Origin: Bugula neritina
Taxonomy: Eukaryota > Animalia > Bryozoa
Assembly: GCA_964035545.1 (NCBI GenBank)
Contig: OZ037766.1
Coordinates: forward strand, 10,902,722 to 10,966,721
DNA length: 64,000 bases
Reading direction: 5' to 3'
Shown here: positions 54,444 through 64,000 of the stretch, one piece after another
Numbering within the stretch: the stretch's first letter is position 1
How the letters are laid out: the number at the start of each line of letters is the position of its first letter
The notes under the pieces: model-generated
What the model saw: the letters and a program-made list of their open reading frames with translations, nothing else
Told to the model about the DNA's origin: nothing
Databases searched by the model: none
Program-made: the position numbers and the translations under genes

Positions 54444-55026
54444 ATAATTCTGCATTATTTTCAGCAATAAGTCATTTTTATGAAGTTTACCTCAGTTCTC
54501 TTAACCTGACCACAGCCACCTTATGAGTTCTCTAACATTCAACTGCTGACATTAAATTATTCAGCTAGAAGACATGTCCTTTGAAAATGATGTTTTATAA
54601 ATAAGTATACATAACTCAACTTTTTTATTTCTGACCACTTTATAATATTGTAAATTTGTGATTGTAACTTCATATATATTATGTAAATATATGCATGCAG
54701 CTAAAAGCTTACGTATATTCAACATTTTTAAAATTTTGTGACCATCCAAGCAATTGTTGTTGCAGGCATAGTTTTTATTAAACAGTGGAACAATAATTTA
54801 TATCGTAACAGCTTGATATATAATTATGCATGAATAAATACACCGAGTTTAAGCAACAAAGTTGCTTGAGTAAGATATTACAGTTGGTATTAGAAAGTAT
54901 AACGATTTCTGGAAAAAGTTGATTAGTTGCACTTTTATTACCGTCAACACAGATTAGAAAAAATAATTAAAAAGCAGCTGGGTAATAGTAGTGTTTCTAC
55001 TGCAATGCCTTAAAGTACAGTACACA

Positions 55027-58000
55027 CTACATTTGCTGTGTAGAGTTTCCATTCCATGTATTTTGATCATCACCATCGGGAGACAAATCCGAAAGTCGAC
55101 CAACTCTCCTACGCGACCTTTCTGATGGCGAATCAGAGCGCTGCGTATCCTGTTGCTGATTCCTATAATGAAATTATTTAGCCAATGAAGTTACTGCAGT
55201 AAATAAAATCCTTAATAATTATATAACATAGCCAACGTAGCCTGTGTAGAAAATCAAGGTCACACAGGGGTCGACATCAGCTGACAAGATACAAAATACA
55301 CGCATCACAAGAAAAATATTTATTTTCAACATTTGAAGATAGGTTTTTAATATTAGCACACTTATTGCAAAAGGTCGCAAAACATTCACAAAATATCAAA
55401 AGACTGCTTATTTGTTGTTTCCAGTCTTACAAGCATTTGTGATGAAACCTAGACCATATGAAAAAGAGGCTAAGAATATTGCTGTTGGATAAAATCATCC
55501 AATGGCCGAATAATTTGTTATAATAAAAATATCCTTACTAAAGTGTAGAGAGACGAACCTGAATTATTATTCAAGTTTGGAGAAAAGAAAAACAGCTTTA
55601 ATGAACTATTCTAAATTGAAAAATTGAAGAAACAAACAAGCTGAGAATTATGGTAATGTCATATCTCACCCATCAGCTGGAGTCCGTGTCTGTACACTTT
55701 CATTAGAGCGAGCAGGCTGGGCTGCACCAAATATGAATCTCTGTATATATTGCCATATTAGAATAAGGGGAGCGAATATAGCATTGAATATCATGGTTAG
55801 AGAGCCAGTAGAGGCAGATTTGACAGCACCACTTCCTGAAGCCTAAAAATACAATAGGGTACACAGTCTACGATTTTGATGCTGTTGGCAGTTTAGAGGG
55901 TAGCCCCTTGGCAACACCACAAACCTTCTAACCAATAAACCTATGTTCGATGCCATTCTACTTGCAGCTACTGGTAGAGCTTGAAACGTAACATACTGCA
56001 ATGTTGAATTGTTTTATCATTCTAATGGCTATTATAAGAGGTTAAATAGGAAGTCTTTACGAGACTGTTGATGGTAATTTACTAGTCATCTTTACAATTC
56101 ACTGATAACTGCAAGTACTCAACCTCTACAAATATCCGACAATAAACTGTTAGTAATTGTACAGTTTGGTTCGAGCCTATCAATTTTGTAAAGCAGTGTT
56201 ACGCAATAAGTCTTATAAAGCTATATTCAAAATATATGAATTGTATATACTTCTCACTAAGCAAATACCAAATATGAAAACACTAGCATGCAAAATTCAG
56301 AACTTCCTTGAAAAATAATGGCAAGTCCCATCCCAACAAGAATCATTCATCATCAATGACTAAAACTCTAATTTACCAAAGCTTTGGGAAATCTCTTTGA
56401 ATGAGAAGCCAACAATTCTTTTTTGTGAACATATTATATTCACCTAGCTTATTCCATAGGAGAAAGTAATATAACGCAGCTGTGCAGACTTTAAGTATAA
56501 CTTTCTATGCCTTTCTCTAGAGCATGTGTAAGACAAATGTTTACTAGAATGTAATCAATTTTCAAAGCCAGGTATCGATTACTTTTACTATTATATACTG
56601 GATGAACCCAATACCAGATTTGAAACATAAAATCTGCGATACCCTTCCTATCAACACCTGACTTGGCCCCTTCAAATCCTAGCCCTAATACACACACATT
56701 TTGCAATACCTACCTACATTGGAAAAACCTTCTAACATAACTGAGTGCTGGAAAGGTAAGTACATGTGACTACATACCGGTGGAAGTACTAGCAGTGCGC
56801 TGGTAGGAACTAAAGACAAGGTCCTGAATGAACTCGGGTAATCATTGCCTTCAAACACTCTCCGGGGATATACAGCAGCTAGTCTGAAATTTCTACCCAT
56901 GGGATGGGATGGATGCTACAACACAATGACATACACAAGTAGGAAATTAACCTGGTATCTTTTAAAGTGCATTCAATTACGATACTTGAAAAAGCCAATA
57001 CTTTTAAAATGCATATATATAATTTAGCTCTAGTAGGTTAGCGTTAGTTCTTGTCATTTTTCAAATTTTTTTGGCACTACATTTGATGAAAATATGTGAG
57101 AAATGGCGTATACTGCAGTGTAACAGCCATGTAAGGGTGCTCGTTGCACTGACATACAGCTACGTGATAGCAGAATTAACTGGAGCAGAGTGAGTTGGTA
57201 CACAAAGCAAGATGTAGCATTAAATGACTTGTATTAAAACTACAGTTGATAATTTATATGTACTATATATTATAATACGGTCTGGGTAGAGCCACAGAAA
57301 TCACTTAGATACCAGCAGCAGAGTAGCTGCCAATAATGGAATATTTTACCGATACACAAAAATGTACTTTATGCTTGTATAATCAAAAGCTGAAAGCAGT
57401 GACACAATACATGCTATTGTAGTCCACTGTTCAACAGTATATGGTATGAAAAGGCTGAAAGAGAGCACCAGTCAGGCAAAGTTGAAAGACTGTAGGAAGT
57501 AGAAACTCTATCTCACTCACGGAGACAAGGAAGTCCCAGGCAGCCTGCAGCGTGTCATCGGCATCAAATATATGGTTGATAGTAGAGCCATCAGGGAGTC
57601 TAAACTGTATGCGAGCTCTTTGACTGCAACCAAAGGTGAATTTTCAATATACTACATAACAGCACACACATGACAAAAGTACCAATTGATATGCAATACC
57701 AATGACAGTCAATTAGAGTTTTTATCATTGAAAATTGAGTTGAATAAATAATGCTCACTGTTTTCTTAATATAATTTTCAGAAAGCTATGCCTAAGTTTA
57801 GTGAAAAACAACAATTTTTAAACTCTTATTCATATTATATCCAAAATCTCTACATTGTTAAGTATTGTATTAGTAGTTAACCCTCAACATTTATAACTCA
57901 TGAAACAGTAGAAAGATTATTGCTGTGAAAATTCAAATACCCAACATTGACTTAGAAACCATCACCATCATAGTACACTAATACATGGGTACACACTATC

Positions 58001-61000
58001 AATATTTTAGCATATCACTACAGGTGGGGGGGGAGCGTAGAGAGAGGCATTGATATTACCTGTTAGCAACAGCTATTCTTGCCGCTTCTTCAGACTCCTT
58101 TGCTAACTTCTCCTGCTGCTTTTTTAGTAGTTCTTCTTCTTTTGCTGCCTTTTCTTGTTGATACTTCGTATTTCGGGCCTCTCTGACAAAAAATGTTATG
58201 ATCTCATCTTTACAATATAATATCTAATAACCAACTCAAAGCTGGAGAAAATAGCATTTAATTTTTAGCTAGACATACCTATCCTTTCGTATTTGCTCTT
58301 TAACCTTTTCCCTAGCAATTCTTGTTTCTTCTTTTTCCTTTCGCAAAGCATCCCTGGTTTCCTTAGCTTCCTTTTCAGCCTGATATTGTTTCAACTTTTC
58401 AAGATCTTTACCCATGCGCCGTCTTTCAATTTCAGCAGCTTGAGCTTTCTGCCAAAAAACATGCTGTAATAACCAGGTTACATTCTGCGTGCATTACGTG
58501 CAGCAGCGTGTGAAAGGTACGTACCTGTTTTTCTTCCTCTAGTTTTTGTTTCTGTTTCTCTTCAATCAATTCTTTTACTCTACAACATACATGTTATACT
58601 AATCAAAACACATGTAATCATTCATTATATTAGTGATACCCACATGTAGCTCCAGTGATATTAACTATGTATATTGCCAGTATACCTCTGAACTTTCTCA
58701 TCTAAATTCTCTGCCGTACTGTCTCCAACTGCTCCACCGACAGCACCTTCAGACTCTGATGCCACTGCTAGAAATCACAAATTGGAGCAAATTCTATTGT
58801 GCTGAACCGGTAAACACACGGCCAAACCTTAATTAGTGCAACAAAATGTTTACATGAGTTAGCAAAAATTAAATAGCTCTAAAAAATTGCCCCAAACAGT
58901 GTCTATGATGTCCAATTGTCAATTAGTAAACCTAACAATTAATCATTAATCATAAAGTAGAAAACTAGTCTGAGTATTCAGGACCTCGTACAAAGACCCA
59001 ACATATCAATTGCTATGACTTTATTCCCCACTAGCTATAATTTTATTTTATTTCAAGTTTCTAAAATATATGACACAATTTATACCATCAACAAAGTTTT
59101 ATTTCATATGTGATATAAAGATGTTATTTTTTAGATTAGTTCTGATTAAAACAGAGAAAAATACTTGAGAGGTATTTTAAACAATATTATGAGTATGAAC
59201 TATATTATTATGTATATGTTATATAATATGCATATGTATATGTTATATGAATATGTTATATGAATTAAACGTATTACCAGTTGCACTTTGTGGAGAGGGA
59301 GAGACAGATGGTTCTGCTGTTGGTTGAACAGGTTCTGGCTGTTCTGGGCTCTGCTGTTCAGATGGTCTCTGTGTATTATAAATAAATAATACCCTAAATT
59401 CAACTGTTAAGGCTTTTCAGCAGCATATCAAAAGTTAATATTTTGTGCTTTAAAATAATATTACTTGGAAATTAAAAGTGGTAAATTGTATTGCAGCACA
59501 GATTGTGTTTTAGTTTGTTGTCTTCAGTGAACCCTGAACTTAAAGCCAAGATATGTGAAGTGTTGCTATATTATATCATACTAAAATATGCTACCTTTAC
59601 ATTTACTACTACTACCACTACTACTACCACTACTACGACCACTACTACTACCACTACTACTACCACTACTACTACTATCACTACTACTATCACTACTACT
59701 ACCACTACTACTACTACTACCACTACTACTACTATCACTACTACTAGCACTACTACTAGCACTACTACTACCACTACTACTACCACTACTACTACTATCA
59801 CTACTACTATCACTACTACTACCACTACTACTACTACTACCACTACTACTACTATCACTACTACTAGCACTACTACTAGCACTACTACTAGCACTACTAC
59901 TAGCACTACTATTAGCACTACTACTACCACTACTACTAGCACTACTACTACTACTACTACTAGCACTACTACTACCACTACTACCACCACTACTACCACC
60001 ACTACTACCACCACTACTACCACCACTACTACCACCACTACTACCACCACTACCACGACCACTACTACCACCACTACCACGACCACTACTACTACCACTA
60101 CCACGACCACTATTACTACCACTATCACTACTACTACTACTACTACCACTACTACTACTACTACTACCACTACTACTACTACTACCACTACTACTACCGC
60201 CACTACTACTGCTACTACTACCGCTACTACTACCGCTACTACTACCGCTACTACCACCGCTACCACTACCGCTATTACTACCGCTATTACTACCGCTACC
60301 ACTACCGCTACCACTACCGCTACCACTACCGCTACCACTACCGCTACTACTACCACTACTACCACTACTACTACTACCACTACCACTACCACCACCACTA
60401 CTACCACCACCACCACCACCACCACCACCACTACCACTACTACCACTACTACCACCACTACTACCACCACTACCACGACCACTACTACCACCACTACCAT
60501 GACCACTATTACTACCACTACCACTACTACTACCACTACCACTACTACTATCACTACTACTACTACTACTGATGCTGCTGCAGCAAAATCCTAAAGAAAA
60601 TCACCTGTGGCAATGTTGATAATGCTTTTTCCATTAACTCTTCTTTTAGACAGCAGCCCAGCGTAACAAGAAGCTGTCCATTTGAGCTGATGAAATGTGT
60701 GCTGGGAATTGAAGTGACGGTGTCTAGAAAATCTTAAGGAAACTTAACGAAATTACTGCTACATCTAATTTAACAAGTAGCCGGGCAATACTTTCAAAAT
60801 TTAAACCACTAAGCTACATTATATAGACTTACATAGAGCATGCAACTTCTAATAAAGTGATAAAAAGGATACAAATCTGTGAGAATTGTTGTCCACCAAT
60901 GCTACAAAAACAAAATCAAAATGATTCTGGTTGACATGCTACCAAGTAACTACTCTGCTTTATATAACATTATCTGCGAATAGTCGAGTTTGAAATCTCA

Positions 61001-62307
61001 ATCACCTATACAAGTGTAAAGTTGGTGGAGTTCCATAATTATTTCACCCAACAATTTGTAAAGTTCTACATCTTTAGAAAGCAAATACTTGTATAATCAA
61101 TAGTATTTTTGCATTGTTTTCTAAAATATAGGAGGTCAAGCAAGCCATTTTTGCCATCCCATATGATTTAACTTTTGTTTTAATGAACATATCTTTACAC
61201 CTAACGAATCCCCAATTTATCAAGCTTCCTTATGATACGATAGGTGGCAGGCAGCTGAAGTTATAAATAGCTTACAAAAATGTTTGCCATGCAAACGAAA
61301 GTAAACCAAGGTTGACTTGACTGGCTGATGACTTGAAATACTGCCACGATTATTACTCAAAAAAAAGATTAGCCTGAAAGGTACTTCCTAAATTAACAAA
61401 ATAAACACACCTACCTATCTTTTGAAAGCATTAAGGGTATGCATAATCTATCAATAAATATCTGTGTGATCTCCTCATCTTCCCAGACTTTATTCATTTG
61501 CTTAGATTCCTCACCATCATCTGAGTAAAGGTAGCCACATTTGAACATTTTATTTAAAATATAATCTTATCAATTGTTTTTTCTCATCTGCAACTAAACA
61601 ACTGTAAACACCATGAGAAATCAGTTTCCTAGTTACCTTCGCTTTTTAAATTTAAAATGAACAAAATATGTTTATTTTCAAACATGTCCCAAATAAGAGC
61701 AGTGCACTGTGCATAAGCATTCTTTAAAAATGGGTAGCTTTGTGCCATAATACTATGTTAATAAGGGAAGCACCTGCCAGCTGTATTTCAGTGTTAAATG
61801 CTAGCGGAGCATTCAGTTTCAATTCTTGAGAGATATCACTATGACTATCAGTATGAGTACGACTATGAGTACGAGTAGTTAGTGTCAGTAATGCAACTGT
61901 TACTCATATTCATTATTCATAACAGTGATAACTCACTAGACACTACTGACTACGTCTACTGACACTATTACTGTTAGTGTTACTCAGTGTTGGTGCTACG
62001 CCTACTGTTAGTGTTAGTGTCACTGTAAGTGTTACTGTTAGTGCTATAGTTACTAATACTAATACTAATAGTGTTAGTGTTGGTTACTGTTAGTAGCACG
62101 TTAGTGTTATTGTTAGAGTCGGAACATTGACACAGTGACAGAGTCAGAGTGAAGCTAGACCTAAGATAAGAGTAAGACCTGTCCGTGTCAGTGTGAGTGT
62201 CACTTAGTCTAACTCTAAGTCTTACCAAAAACATACACAACAAGTACTCCACCATCTGTTTTACATTGAGATATTGCAGATACGATATTGCCAGTATGCC
62301 ATTTCAT
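55027..62307 (-). CDS. UBXN4: UBX domain-containing protein 4 (erasin)
   Basis: Exons 62307-62226 (MKWHTGNIVSAI), 61520-61415, 60901-60873, 60723-60605, 59368-59278, 58767-58686, 58579-58525, 58448-58279, 58182-58060, 57623-57521 (ARIQFRLPDGS), 56915-56778, 55842-55670, 55162-55027 (NTWNGNSTQQM*). Confidence 0.96.
59604..60569. repeat. ~1-kb imperfect (ACT/ACC)n microsatellite, intronic in UBXN4
   Basis: Direct reading; includes a near-exact 120-bp higher-order duplication (59641-59760 vs 59761-59880). Confidence 0.97.
60724..60872 (-). other. U12-type (minor spliceosome) GT-AG intron in UBXN4
   Basis: 5' splice site GTATCCTTT; branch-site-like TTTCCTTAAG 9 nt before the end of the intron. 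Confidence 0.85.
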
Positions 62308-63391
62308 TTTTAAAAAATGGTAGTCTAGTTGAAAGCTTAATTTAATAGATACTGCAAAATTTAAAATTTTATGTTCAACTAAAACTGACACTTGAGTGAA
62401 TTATTTCTTCTACAGTTTCTACACGGACAAAAATTAGTTAGATACAGCGAGCCAACATAACGCTCTTTGGACAAAAAGACTAGAATTATATAAAAAGCTC
62501 TGACCAATAGTAGACAAGAATTAATTTTTACTAAAAGCAGCACCAAGTTGGTGGTTACTAAGTGCAATAACATGTAAGAATCAAGTGTAGAGTTAGTTAG
62601 GTGGTTTAAATTTAAACTTTAAGCCTCAACTCTTTATTTGAGACCCCGAACTACTGCATTGAAGTGGTTACTAACTTGGCACCCCCTTTAGCAACTTTTC
62701 AGATTAAACTCTTGTTTGAAAGTGGCTCAAGACTCAAGTCAAATATTAGTACGGTATTACTATACTGTACAAGTTCCTCTAAACAATTATACAAGTAAAC
62801 TTATGCCAAAAAAGACAGTGACAGTGTCGAGTGCTAGGCCTAATAAACTATAAACTTGTAAACGTGGGGCCTGCTGTCAGTATTACTATTAGTAACAGTT
62901 CTAGTCACAGTAACTGTAAGGCTGTTTAGTGTTTAACTTTGACTTTGAGTATAAAATAAAAATTAAATTACTGTTAGACATCAGTAAAACTAAATAACAT
63001 TAAGTTTAACAATCACGTTAAAATTTAATAATTAACTAAATAACTTTAAGACTTAAAATTAATAATAAAGTATAGCATAAAACTAAGTGTTAGAAGTATA
63101 AGAGCTAGAGTTGAGCGTGAGATTATATGAAATTAAAATTATCAACATAGTCATAGTGTATTAATATTATACTTATAGTTATAGTCATACTGATAGTGAT
63201 ACTCAGTATCAGTATGGCGTGTAGTCACTAGTGGTACTGATAGTAATAGTTCATAAATATAATATTGATGCAACTTGAAGTTGATAGTTTAAAACAGAAA
63301 TTACAGAATTAAGTGATTGACTAAAAGTAAATTTAGCAATAGTAAATAGCAATAAGTTAGTATAAGCAAATAGATACTGATAGTAATGACC

Positions 63392-63532
63392 ATGGCAGCA
63401 GAATATAAAATTAAAAGAGAACCTAAACCTGAGCTCTTGCTGCCAGTATCACGTGTACGCACTATTATGAAAAGTTCTCCTGATGTCGAAAATATTTCTC
63501 AAGATGCCCTAACTGCTGTGACAGCTGCTACC
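63392..63532 (+). CDS. CHRAC1: Chromatin accessibility complex protein 1, first coding exon (partial gene)
   Basis: MAAEYKIKREPKPELLLPVSRVRTIMKSSPDVENISQDALTAVTAAT|gtaagt; histone-fold LPxSRxRxIMKSSP motif. Confidence 0.85.
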
Positions 63533-64000
63533 GTAAGTTGATAATGAAAATAATAATTCATAATAATAATTTATAATTCATAAAGTATATAACTATAGAT
63601 AGTTATTATTAATAATAATTTAATAACATCATCTATATGATTCGGTGTAATTCTAATAGTAATTATTGTAAAGCTTACTGAAGCTTCAAATCTTAGTGTG
63701 TGACTTAATTCATCAGCTTTAACGTTGTACAATATTTAATGATGATGATGGATAAAATTTAGCTGAGTGATATGAAGTTTATGATAAATTATATGCCTAT
63801 TTTATTGTTTTATGCCAACAGTATTGATAGTTGAACTAATCATATTTTTTAACGTATCTACATCATATCAGTATTATAATTATAAGATGTTCTATTAATG
63901 AGGTTAACAAAAGTTAAAATATTGCAGTTGCCATGTGCAATACTGTGTTAATATTGTAAATTTCACTACTTTGCTTTTCTTATCAAGGGGTCATCAGCAG

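Noticed and set aside
59491-60594. Poly-Thr, poly-Val and poly-Leu/Pro ORFs
   Set aside because: Microsatellite inside a UBXN4 intron; no credible start or gene context.
61980-62255. 91-aa ORF with alternating T/S residues
   Set aside because: Translation of the hexamer-phased intron tract, out of frame with UBXN4 exon 1.

Overview
AT-rich, intron-dense animal genomic DNA, not prokaryotic. The gene set and style suggest a lophotrochozoan invertebrate, possibly a bryozoan (inference only). I reconstructed spliced genes by hand from GT-AG boundaries and reading-frame phase: a secreted PTTK-repeat mucin-like gene (-, 5-5177); C18orf32/UPF0729 (-) head-to-head with an MBOAT1/2-type lysophospholipid acyltransferase (+); RPS12 (-) with a 5'TOP and an intronic C/D snoRNA candidate; a tiny TCF21/MyoR-like bHLH gene (+); an SLC5A6/8/12-type sodium:solute symporter (+); MCU (-); and UBXN4 (-, with a U12-type intron) head-to-head with CHRAC1 (+, truncated by the window end). 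The best candidate for something undescribed is a complete two-exon prohormone gene nested antisense in the 6-kb intron of the SLC5 gene. It has its own TATA/Inr and polyA signal and is predicted to release a 40-aa pyroGlu-blocked, amidated peptide with CRH/DH44/ELH-like features. A second unexplained signal is a set of degenerate 6-bp-periodic tracts flanking both bidirectional promoters. Repeats include a young RTE LINE fragment with a perfect 15-bp TSD, two tRNA-derived SINEs, a MITE family and a ~1-kb (ACT/ACC)n microsatellite.
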